From Lama guanicoe (taxonomy: Eukaryota), in assembly GCA_013239625.1 (NCBI GenBank), contig MU053934.1:6590399-6654398 (forward strand): 64,000 nt of DNA, given 5' to 3'. Shown piece by piece: positions 34,501 through 43,800 of this stretch (the first letter of the stretch is position 1; the number at the start of each line of letters is the position of its first letter). A program made the position numbers and the translations under genes. The notes under the pieces are model-generated. The model worked only from the letters and a program-made list of their open reading frames with translations. It did no database searches and had not been told where the DNA came from.

Positions 34501-34664
34501 TCAGAAGGGGACCCACTGGGCATGCCTGTTTGTGCTTTTTAGAGGCCTCTGAGGTGGACATCAAGGAAGAAACGCCTGAGGGCTGGGTCCCCCAGCTGCT
34601 GAGGAAGCTCTGGCTGGGCTGGTTCCCAGCCTCTGACTTCCCCAAAACTCAGAACCGTGAATGA
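28554..34664 (+). CDS. Unrecognised spliced gene; predicted 199-aa single-pass membrane protein, 8 coding exons
   Basis: Exons 28547-28585 (ATG 28554), 29320-29363, 29878-29954, 33191-33256, 33397-33435, 33672-33848, 34161-34203, 34543-34664(stop). CDS 32+44+77+66+39+177+43+122=600 nt, all introns GT-AG, no in-frame stop, AATAAA at 34675-34680. Confidence 0.7.
29320..29363 (+). CDS. Novel gene coding exon 2 (LYKFLYVVQIFILA-G)
   Basis: Acceptor ctctgctttccttccag; donor CAG|GTAAGG; phase 2 to 1. Confidence 0.72.
29878..29954 (+). CDS. Novel gene coding exon 3 (VVYYYFQGSLRKADPDHEIAGGSSQ)
   Basis: Acceptor tcttttttcacctacttgcag; donor CAG|GTAGGG; phase 1 to 0. Confidence 0.72.
30049..30085. repeat. 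(TG)n microsatellite
   Basis: Interrupted GT dinucleotide run. Confidence 0.9.
31230..31940 (-). mobile_element. LINE-1 3' end fragment
   Basis: gtgtacagttctatgagttttgacaaa... L1M-type 3' UTR on the minus strand. Confidence 0.75.
32857..32987 (+). mobile_element. tRNA-derived SINE (camelid Vic-1-like)
   Basis: GGGGAGGGTATAGCTCAGTGGTAGAG (A box), GGTTCAATCCC (B box), A-rich tail; direct repeat aaagaatt at 32847-32854 and 32988-32995. Confidence 0.85.
33191..33256 (+). CDS. Novel gene coding exon 4 (PIGETLRPVWGQMDKCYPVTTQ)
   Basis: Long pyrimidine tract ending tgtcgtgcag; donor CAG|GTGGGT; phase 0 to 0. Confidence 0.65.
33397..33435 (+). CDS. Novel gene coding exon 5 (RHRVKNGKKQDPE)
   Basis: Acceptor catttccctacgcag; donor GAG|GTAAGT; phase 0 to 0. 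Confidence 0.68.
33672..33848 (+). CDS. Novel gene coding exon 6 (acidic, Pro/Glu-rich, 59 aa)
   Basis: Acceptor ctgaccctccctgcag; donor GAG|GTAAGG after 33848, with an in-frame alternative GAG|GTGAGG after 33755. Confidence 0.68.
34161..34203 (+). CDS. Novel gene coding exon 7 (ETKKARKEIAVYAS-E)
   Basis: Acceptor ccccttcttccttcccag; donor CTG|GTAAGA; phase 0 to 1. Confidence 0.68.
34543..34664 (+). CDS. Novel gene terminal coding exon (ASEVDIKEETPEGWVPQLLRKLWLGWFPASDFPKTQNRE*)
   Basis: Acceptor tgtttgtgctttttag, phase 1; TGA at 34662-34664. Confidence 0.7.
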
Positions 34665-34674
34665 CAGAGTGTCC

Positions 34675-34680
34675 AATAAA
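34675..34680 (+). terminator. Polyadenylation signal of the novel + strand gene
   Basis: AATAAA 10 nt after the predicted stop. Confidence 0.7.
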
Positions 34681-35676
34681 TCCACAGCTGCTGCTTCTGC
34701 AGGTCTGGCTGCCTCCTTTCAGGGGCCTCAAATTTCCACAAACTGAGTGTGGCTTTGTCCACGCTCCCTGCCCCAACAAGCAGTACAAGGTTACACAGTG
34801 TCATAGCAGAGCGATGACTAGGGCCAAGATGTCCTCCTCCAAGGTCCCCACATGGCCTTCTCCTGCTCTGGCCACCTCATTGTCACATGGGTTCAAGGTT
34901 GACCACTGTCCCTAGGTCATGCCTACGGCCCACAGGGCTTATTATTCCCTGTCCTGCCCAAGCCTCTCGAGAGCCCAGACTGACCTGGCCACTCAGAGGA
35001 TGGAGCCCCAAGTTGGAGCCCAGATGAGTTTCCTCCTCCTGCTCCAGTGTGGCCGTAAGTGGCAACTTCTACTGGGCAGGGGTTGGATGAGCATCCCTAA
35101 GGGGCTGGGAAAGGAAGCCCATCAGATCTTGGGGCAGCTCATTCCTGGGCTGCTGTCAGGCCTCCCAGGGAGAGCATTGGCATCTGAAGACTGAGCCCTG
35201 GGTAATAACTCAGCCTGTCGCCTCCCAGCCATCCCTGAGTTCCCCACCTTTTGGGGCAGCAGCTTGTGGTGCTGGCTGAGCTGCTGGCCCATGGTACAAG
35301 CTGGGTGTGGCTGGGCCTGAAATGTGGGCATCTAGGCAGAGTTTCTAGGCAGAGTGGGGCCCTCCCCATCCCCATCAGGGCCTGACAGCTCTCACCAGCC
35401 TATTCGAGCTCCTCACAGCAGAAACCAGGATCTATTTATAGACTTTGTCACTAACCCAGGTAATCAGCATTGGGTTTCTAAAGGTGACTAGGGGATAATC
35501 TCTCACTTTCTGAGCCTCAGTATACCCCTCTCTCAAATGGGGTCAAATGACAGGTAAGGATGGATCAGGCTAGGGCAGAAGCTGGACCCGGGGAGGCTGC
35601 TGAGGCCCCGTCACTGCCAAGGGGCTGGTCAGGGGCCCCAGGTGGGACTCAAGCCAGGTTGCAGCCACCAGACTGG

Positions 35677-35682
35677 TTTATT
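35677..35682 (-). terminator. CYP2D polyadenylation signal
   Basis: Minus-strand AATAAA 50 nt after the stop. Confidence 0.85.
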
Positions 35683-35732
35683 GTACATCAGAGCTACTCC
35701 TGAGGAGTGGGTGGGGGGTTTGGTGTCCCCGT

Positions 35733-35911
35733 CTAGCGGGGCACAGCACAGAGCTGGTAGGGGGCTGGGGTCACCAGGAAGGCAAAGATACCATGGTCAC
35801 TTGGGCGAGGCTGCCCAGGGGGCACCAAGAAGCTGAAGCGCTGCAGGAGGCAGGTGAAGAAGAGGAAGAGCTCCATGCGGGCCAGCGGCTCCCCGAGGCA
35901 CAAGCGGCGGC
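35733..35911 (-). CDS. CYP2D: CYP2D exon 9 (coding part)
   Basis: [19 protein letters not shown]...LCAVPR, TAG at 35735-35733. Confidence 0.96.
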
Positions 35912-38900
35912 CTGTGTGCAGGTGTGGGGGCTCTGTGAGCCTGGGGGCCTGCGCTCCACCCCACCAAGACTCCCTTGGGAGGGGGAGGCAAGCCAGGCAC
36001 CCCATAGGCACCTGCTGAGAAAGGCATGAAGGCCTCCTGCTTGACGAAGTGGCCCTGGGCATCTAGGAAGTGCTCCGGATGGAAGCGGAAGGGCATCTTC
36101 CATATGGTCTCATCTTTCAGCACCGATGACAGGTTGGTGATGAGCGTTGTCCCCTGGCAGGAGATATCTGGCATGGGTGGGTGTGGACTGGGGGGGGGTG
36201 CCTGGATCTCTGCCACCAAACACACCCGGGGAGCACACACACTGCCTGGCCTCTTCAAGTGACCCTCAGCCCAAGAAGCTTCTTGGCACCCTCCCTGTCC
36301 CCATGGCAGGGCCAAGTGACCTGCCTCCCATGTGTGTCCTGACGGCCACGTGTCCTCCAACACACTGCGGCGGCACACTTTAGTTTGTCTTCCCCACCTG
36401 ACTGGGGCTCTGAATGGACAGGGCGGGCCCTGCCTCTGCTCATCTCCACACCCACCCGGGCTGGGACATTTGTTGCCTGTGGAAATGAGGATTGGGTGCC
36501 TTTGGCTCCCATCCTGGCCCCACCTAGCAATGGCCATACTGGGGCTACTGGTGGCAGGTGGTGCTGGGATGAGGGCTGCAGGCTTACCTTTGGGATGAGG
36601 AAGCCCTGCACTTCAATGTCACGGGATGTCATGTGGGGCAAGCCTAGTGGGATGATGTCCCCAAAGCGCTGCACCTCATGCACCACGGCCATGGTGAAGG
36701 GCATGAGGGCCTGATCCCCCATCTCTGGTCGCCGTGCCGGCCCTATCACCTCATCGATTTCCTGTTGCACACGTCCTGGAAAGATAAGTATCCTCAGTGG
36801 TCAGACCCAAGGTCTGGGCCCCAACCTCCTCCTGCCTCCTGTATAGGGCTGTGCCCGCATGGAGGAGGAGGTCACTGTGACCTCTGAGCTGGGGCTTAGC
36901 CTCAGCACAGAGCTGCTGCTGGTGGCCAAATCAGCCAAGCTCAGGGGCCTCAGACTGTCCCTTTCCTCCCTCACCCATCCCACCCAGCCCCCTGGGCTAG
37001 GCTCACGCTGTACATCTGGGTGCAGGATCATGAGGAGGAGGGCCCAGGCCAGCGTGGTCGAGGTAGTTACCATCCCAGCAGAGAACAGGTCAAACACCAC
37101 TATGCGCAGGTTGTCGTCATTGAAGCTGCTCTCGGGGTTCCCCTTGGCCTGGGCCATGCAGGGAAGGTAAGCTCAGGGGCAGAGGGAGGGAAGGTGAGCT
37201 CAGGGGCAGAGGGAGGAAGACCCAAATGGCTTCCCACTCTGCTCCTGTCAGCCTGGATGGGTACCTGACCACAGGGTAATACACAGGCCCCACCATGCCT
37301 GGGTTCGCCTCCTGGGGCCCTCAACGCACACCCTTGTCCCTGTCACCTCACCTCCTCGATCTCATCCATGAAGACGTCAGTCAGGTCTCGGGGAGGCTGG
37401 GCCCGGTCTCGAGTCATCCTGTGCTCGGTGATCAGTTCATCCATCAAGGCCACGAAGGCCCTCTGCCCCGAGAAGACCTTGGCGGCCAGCCCCGGGATAC
37501 GCAGGAGAACTGGGGCTGCTTCCAGCACCTGTGCAGGTCACAGCTATGGGGCCCTGCGGCCTCCTGGTGCTCAAGGTGTTCACCTTGACCATTCACCTTG
37601 ACCAGTCAGGCCCCAGCTATCTCCAGGGTGTCCCCGTTATTGACCTTGCACCTCCCTAAGTTCTGGCCTTCACCCTCTCTCCTGACCCTGGGCCCAGGAT
37701 AAACCTAAAGTCTGCATCTCATGGGCGCAGCTGCCTTCCAGTGAAGGAGCCCTCCTAAGCCCGCTGACCCGGGCCCCGCCTCTCCCTTCAGTGTTTGTCC
37801 TTTCCTCAGTTCTAGGCCTTTTCCCTTGCAGTTGCTTCTCTGGGAATGCCCTTTCTCCTCTGGCCCCCTACACTAATCCTCCTGCAGGAAGGCCCATTGC
37901 AGGGCTGAGGCCTCCTCAACGGAACTCGCCCTGCAGGGCTCCTCGGCGCCTACCTCCCCTCACCTGGCGCAAGAAGCCAACGTCCTCCTTCAGTCCCTTC
38001 TCAGTTAGTTCCAGCAGCTTGAGGATGCAAGGATCGTTATACTCAAAGCGGCGCCCGAAGGTGAGGGAGGCGATCACGTTGCTCACCGCTTTATTCAGGA
38101 AGGCGTTGGGGCTAAAAGGACGTCCTAGGAGGGGACGGTGCGGGTCAGGGCGTCGCCTCTCTCTCCTCTTCCCCAGCTTCTCCAAACTTGTCTCTTCTCC
38201 TGCCCCTTAGCCCCAGTACTCACCAGCCTGGTCGGAGAAGGCAGCACAGAGGCACGAGGCCTCTTCGGTCACCCATTGCTCCAGAGACTTCTTGCCCATG
38301 CCGAAGTTGCGCAGTGTGGATACGGAGAAGCGCCGCTGCTCGCGCCACGCTCGCCCATAGCGCGCCAGGATGACTCCTGGGAGCGGAGCGGGCACATGGG
38401 CGCGGCTTGGATGAGCCGCGGCCCCGCCCTCTGCCGCAAACTGTGACCGCGGGTTCCCCGCCCCGCCCATTGTTCTGCTCACAGCCCCGCCCCCGTTCTG
38501 GGCAGGTCGCGCCACCTGTTCCGTCCCTGCTAACCTCGCCCTCCTCCCTCTCCCAAGTCCCTCCCCATTTGACACCCCCTTCCAGCTGGGGACAGATCTC
38601 ACTGTGCTCTCCCGCATTGCTCGCCAACTCTCCCCTGCTAGGGGCAGTTCTCGGCTCCACTTTTTGCTCTGCCCACCGTGGCCCCTTCCCCATTAGGGGA
38701 AGGTCCTGGCCCGCCCCCTGACCCGCCCACTCTGACATCGTCTTCCTCATTCCTAACCACACTGACGTCTTTGTGCTCAGTGACCCAGGGCCTCCCTCTC
38801 AGCAAGACCCCGCCCTCTCCCCGCCCATGTTCCTCCCCCTCCACCCTTGACTCGGGCTCCTTTCTCCACCGTCCGCCCGTTCAGATTCGCTCGCTCTTCC

Positions 38901-40021
38901 CTGCACCGAACATTCACAACCCTGCCTCCGCTTGGCCCTGCCGGTATCGCCTCACTGCTGGCCCTGTCCCTGCCAGGATGCGGTCTCTTCCTTCCTCCGC
39001 TTGCCTTCAGAGCGCGGCCCCAAACCCAGGTGCTCGTAGACAGTCGCAGGTGGGCGGTCAGCGGTGTCCTGGCTGTGGTACACCAGCGCCTCGCGCACAG
39101 CCGCCAGCCCGTTGAGTACGACCACAGGCGTCCACACCTGCTGCAGGCTGAACACGTCCCCGAAGCGACGCCGCAGCTGCAGGCCAAAGGTCAAGGAGCA
39201 TCGTCAAGCCTCGACCCGCGAGGGTGCTGGCCCAGCATCATGGTCTTAGTCTTGGGGGGCCCCTGGGCCACCAGTAGGGAGTGAGTGCAAGGGCTTTATC
39301 CAGCTTGTGAGCCCGGGAGGAGGGTCACATCCGCTATGGTCAAGGACTCCATGTTGGATCAGCCTACCCAGCTATGACTGTGCAAGGGTTACCAAAACTG
39401 TCAAATTAGCGTCCCATTTTACAGGAGGCCCAAGGTCTCACAGCAGCAAAAGATATGAACCAGATCGCTGTACCTCTCTCAACCTCAACTTCTGATTTAA
39501 ATACAACTCATAACCAGACTCCTCTCCCCCGTTCTCAAGACCTTTCCTCCTGATGTATTCAGAAGGGGCTCAGGCTCACATAATTTAAGTGCTGGCCAAC
39601 TGAATCCCCAACCTGCTGCCAAGTCCCCACCTTCCCTCAGTGCTTCTGCCTTCTCTGAACTTTGGAAAATCCAAACTGTCCTCAGGCCCTGCACGAATGC
39701 CCTCCGTCAGGGAGCCTCATCAGTCTAGTTCCTTGTCCAGCCTGTGACTGCATCCACCACCCACTGTCTGCTGCTAGGTGGGGTCCCCAGCTCCTCTGCT
39801 GCCCACCCTCCAACCCCGCCTTCATTTCTCACCTTGCTAAAGCTGTGAACTGGGTCCTGGAAGTTCACCTGCAGCAGGTTACCCAGCACAGGCAGTGGCA
39901 TGGGGCCTGGTGGGTAGTGTGCAACCCAGCGTGAGCGCCGGTGCATCAGGTCCACCAAGAGCAGGAAGATGACGATGGCCATGGCCAGGGTCCCCAGTGT
40001 ATCCCCAGTCAGCAGCCCCAT
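35733..40021 (-). CDS. CYP2D: Cytochrome P450 family 2 subfamily D, intact, 500 aa, 9 exons (CYP2D6/CYP2D14/CYP2D25 orthology group)
   Basis: Exons of 189,172,153,161,177,142,188,142,179 nt total 1503 nt, matching the CYP2D exon pattern. Motifs: PPGP hinge, WxxxR, I-helix AGMVTT, ExxR (EVQR), PEHF, heme loop FSAGRRLCLG (Cys446). Confidence 0.98.
36012..36153 (-). CDS. CYP2D: CYP2D exon 8
   Basis: [15 protein letters not shown]...FHPEHF...PFSA; 142 nt. Confidence 0.96.
36588..36775 (-). CDS. CYP2D: CYP2D exon 7
   Basis: [11 protein letters not shown]...HEVQRFGD...GFLIPK; 188 nt. Confidence 0.96.
37007..37148 (-). CDS. CYP2D: CYP2D exon 6
   Basis: [11 protein letters not shown]...[10 protein letters not shown]...HPDVQ; 142 nt. 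Confidence 0.96.
37161..37214. repeat. 27-bp tandem duplication in CYP2D intron 5
   Basis: gggaaggt(a/g)agctcaggggcagaggga x2 with one mismatch. Confidence 0.92.
37352..37528 (-). CDS. CYP2D: CYP2D exon 5
   Basis: [12 protein letters not shown]...FMDEIEE; 177 nt. Confidence 0.96.
37964..38124 (-). CDS. CYP2D: CYP2D exon 4
   Basis: GRPFSPN...[10 protein letters not shown]; 161 nt. Confidence 0.96.
38224..38376 (-). CDS. CYP2D: CYP2D exon 3
   Basis: [17 protein letters not shown]...FSDQA; 153 nt. Confidence 0.96.
39005..39176 (-). CDS. CYP2D: CYP2D exon 2
   Basis: [12 protein letters not shown]...GPRSE; non-canonical donor AAG|GCAAG. Confidence 0.95.
39833..40021 (-). CDS. CYP2D: CYP2D exon 1
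   Basis: [10 protein letters not shown]...PVHSFSK; donor AAG|GTGAGA. Confidence 0.96.
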
Positions 40022-40125
40022 GGTTGCCTCAGAGTGGGCTGGGCTCCTCACCACACCAGGCACCTAGGACCAGGAGAGGCAGGCACTCTCACCACATCCC
40101 GAGGGCTCGACCAGCCTGGGCCCTC

Positions 40126-40158
40126 TTTATCAAGGGAGGTGAGACTGGCCTTTGCCCT
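40126..40158 (-). promoter_or_regulatory. CYP2D core promoter: HNF4A DR1 element and variant TATA
   Basis: AGGGCAAAGGCCA at 40158-40146 matches the known CYP2D6 proximal HNF4 DR1 site; GATAAA at 40131-40126 is in the TATA position. Confidence 0.8.
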
Positions 40159-43149
40159 CAGCCCTGAACCAACCTGCCAGGGAGATTGTGTAGTCAAAGG
40201 GTGCAGGGGTGGTCGCTGTCCCTCCTGCTCTCGCCAGGTGCTTATCCCAGGGGAGTGGGGGAAGGATTCGAGAAGTCCTCCCCTCCCCTAAGCCTGACTC
40301 TCCAGCTCTGTAAAGATTCCAAAGAAGAATCAGGGGTCTTTGGACTTGATCCTGCCATCCACCGGTCACTTTAGGCTCACACTCCCTAATGTTGTCAGTC
40401 TCATCCCCAGAACATGTCCCTACCCTCTCATTATCACGTCTCCTCCTGAGTGGCCTTCACTTCTCAGGTTTGTTACTGGGCTTCACTGGTGCTCTAGGAG
40501 GTCACAGTGATCAGAAAGACCATTGTAGGGGGGATGAAGTTCTCGGTGTCCCCTCACGTCACATGAGTACACTCAAAAGACAGAATCACACACCCTTAAA
40601 CCATTCACACCATCACATACTACTCACATGCACATATTTACACACCCATGAAACCACACACATTAACACATGTACCACTTACACACAGACCCAGCATCAA
40701 GCCCTCTAGTTCTCAGGGGCTGCCTGGACCCAACCCCGCTCCTCCCACCTTGAGGCTGCTGGCAGTACTGCTGGGGGACCCTCACCTGGCTGGCTGCTGG
40801 CTCAGCTTCCTTGGTTTGTTTTCACCTTGTTTTCCTTGGCCTGGTTTTCGCCTGGTTGTGGTTGTGGCTATGGTGAGTTTGAAGCTAGGGGTGGGGAGGC
40901 AGCAGGATTGTTTTCAGATTCCCTGGTCTCCCTGACGAGCCAGTTCCATGGCCCAGAGATGCCTTCCTAAGTTTGTTACAAGTTGGTTCAAGGACCTCCC
41001 AGCTCTTGTGGCCATCCAGGTGATGAATCTCCTTCTTGCCTGTGTCCATTTCCTGACTCGGAGAAATGTGGGGTGGGTGCTTTCCTTTGTTGACGAGGCT
41101 GCCAATAAGCTCAGGGCACTAGGGTAGCTTAGCATAGGATGTGACTGTCCTCGGAGGAGTGGGACTGATTCCTCCTCCTCATTATCTGTCCTTGAACATC
41201 AGATGTTCAAAGTCTAGAAGACAAAGGGTTGGAAACCAGGTGGAAAAGTAATTTATGCCCTCAGAGTCCTGCTGAGGACCACAAGGAAGGATTCTCAAGA
41301 GGCTGGCCTTCTCCTTCCCTCTGGGCCAAGTCTGCCCTGGCTCCAGCCCCACTCCTTCCAACCCTGACTCTGGTCTCTTTCAGTGGCTCCAGCCCTCAAG
41401 GAAAGGTGCAAACCTTGGTACCACCCTGCACCAGTGCATGCCACCTCCAGGCTGGAATTGTGGCTACCAGGCCCTCCCTTGTGCTCAGCCTCTCACCCCT
41501 CCCAAAGCAGGGGGGTGACTACATCATGCCAGGACAGAGCCTGCTGGCCTCAGTATCCTCCTCCAACAATGAAAGGGGTGAGATTTGAGGCAGAGTTTTT
41601 AAATCAGTAAAGCTGATGGGAACTCTGACACCCAAACCTACTCAAGCGTACAGGCACAGGAGCTCGGAGGGGAGGGAAGGTGACATCAGGCCTCCTCACC
41701 CATCCCAGGGGTATATGAGGCAACCTCTCTTTCTGAAAACTGCTAGACTATTCCAGGGTCTTGGAGGTGCTCTCCCCCAACTTACACTCCCTACCCCTGT
41801 CCCCCCTGGTTCCCTCCCTCCCCCACTACTCCCCAACAGTGAGAGAACCAGGTTCTTCCCAGGGCACCTTCAGACGGGACATGGAGTGCTTGTGGTTTCC
41901 AGGTATTGGCTTTCAACATTTGCAATTACTGCTTGGTTTGTGAAAGCTGCTCCTGCCCTTCCAAATTTCAACATCTCCACTCTCCTATCAGGCCCAGGAC
42001 CAGAGGGTAGCTAGCTGGGGCCCAAATGGGTCTTCCTCAGTTTACCTGCTTTCCCTGCATCTTGCTTTGGCCAAGGTTTGGATTTTGTGCCACCCTATCT
42101 GGATGTACCCTGTGCTGGTTGCTGGGCCAGGCACTGGCCACATGGTGGGAAGGCAATGGTGGGTCCCTGCTCCAAGGTGCTCATGACCAAGTGGAGGATT
42201 GGGAGCCAGAGAGCTGACATACCAGGCCAGCAGTGCTGGGACTGCTTTGAGGGTCATGGGGACATTGCTCCAGGATGGAGCAGGACTTTCTAGGAAGACT
42301 TCCTAGAGGGCTTCAGCTGGCTTGGTATTGCAAGACAGGGTGACCTGGAGCAGGACTAAAGCACCACTGGGAAACAGCAGGAGGCAGGTAGCTTGAGGCT
42401 AGGGCTTTGCAAGTCTGGCTGAGGACTGGATTGTGGGGAACTGGGGTCCCTGGGCCTCAAGGAGGCAGGGAGATCAGTTTTGAGGCCAGTCAACAGACCA
42501 AGAGGGTGAGACCCCTGGGCACCCTGGGGATTTCTCAGATCCTGCCTGTGGTCTCTCATTTGGCCTCAGCTGAATGTTCCTGTCCCAGCAGCAACTTTCC
42601 ACCCAGGACAGCCAGAGAACCAGGTGGTGTGAGTGGGGCTGGCAGGATAGTCCAAGTGTTCCTCACAGTGGCTCTCAATAAACTGCCTTTATCTACGCTT
42701 TGTATTGGATGTGTCATGCTCTCCCCAAGCAGTCATTCTGATGGACATAAGAGCAGTGACAGACATGCCTGAAGCAGTACTCTTTTGATACTAGGGACCT
42801 GTTGTCCAGGACAGGCGGCCTTGAGGAAAACCTGCAATCATGAGGACTACGGCCTTTTGCAATCATTGTGCAATCGTTGCCTCTGTTCACGCGGCACTCA
42901 CGTGCCAGGCACTGCTGCTCACTCTCCCCGGTCCTCCCCACACTCTGGAAGGCAGGTGGCTTTATGGTCCCCAAGGCAGTGTCTCAGGGATCATGCTAGG
43001 GGGTCAAAGTTACAGAGTACCACTAGAGTCTGTCTCAAAACTCATACTCTTATCTATGCTCTACACTGGACACAAACTTCTATGAGGGAAATTTTTTAAG
43101 TTACTGAGATTTATTATTTTAGAAACATACACCGCCTTCCCTGGTGGGC

Positions 43150-43800
43150 TTCTGCCGCAGAGGAGCTGCTGGGGCTGGAGGGATGAGCCCCTGCCCCCGC
43201 GCCACAGGAATCACCAGCACAGGGAAGGCTCATCTGGACACTGACCTGATGCTCAGGCTCCAGCGTGAAGTCAGCAAGATGACGGATCAGAAAGCCCGGG
43301 GCCCTGGGTCCCCCAAGCACCGAGACCCAGCCCGGGAACCCCGCGGGATGCGGAGCAACCCCCCCGCAGAGCCCCAGGGAGCCGGGAGGGAGTCGCAGCC
43401 CCCAGCGAGGGCGCTGGGAGAGTTGGCGTTTTGCTCGCTCTCCACCACCCTGCCCCCCTCGCGGCACAAACCCCCCAGTTCCAGCTCCTCCCTGGGGACG
43501 GGAGGACTGGAAGCTGCGTCTAGCTTGTCGGGGCGCCGCGGGCCCAGCGGTCTCACCTGACTCGCGGTACCGACTCGCTCCGCGCCCGCTGGGATCCAGG
43601 TGGAGGCCGCGCTGGGAGGCTGCGTCTGCAGTTCCCCGGGCGGGCGCCGGAGGGCGCGGCCGAGGAGCGCCACGAACTGGGCGCCGCCTCTCGTTGTCTT
43701 ATGGGCACAGGGCTTTGCCTTGGCGACATGCCAGAGTTCTGGAGCTCGGCTGCACAACAATGTGTATGTACTTAACATTGGACGTGGCGCAGCAGGAAGT
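43150..43800. promoter_or_regulatory. Orphan CpG island between CYP2D and the TCF20 3' end
   Basis: Abrupt rise in GC and CpG; ETS-like CAGGAAGT at 43793-43800; minus-strand donor CAG|GTGAGA at 43556. Confidence 0.7.
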
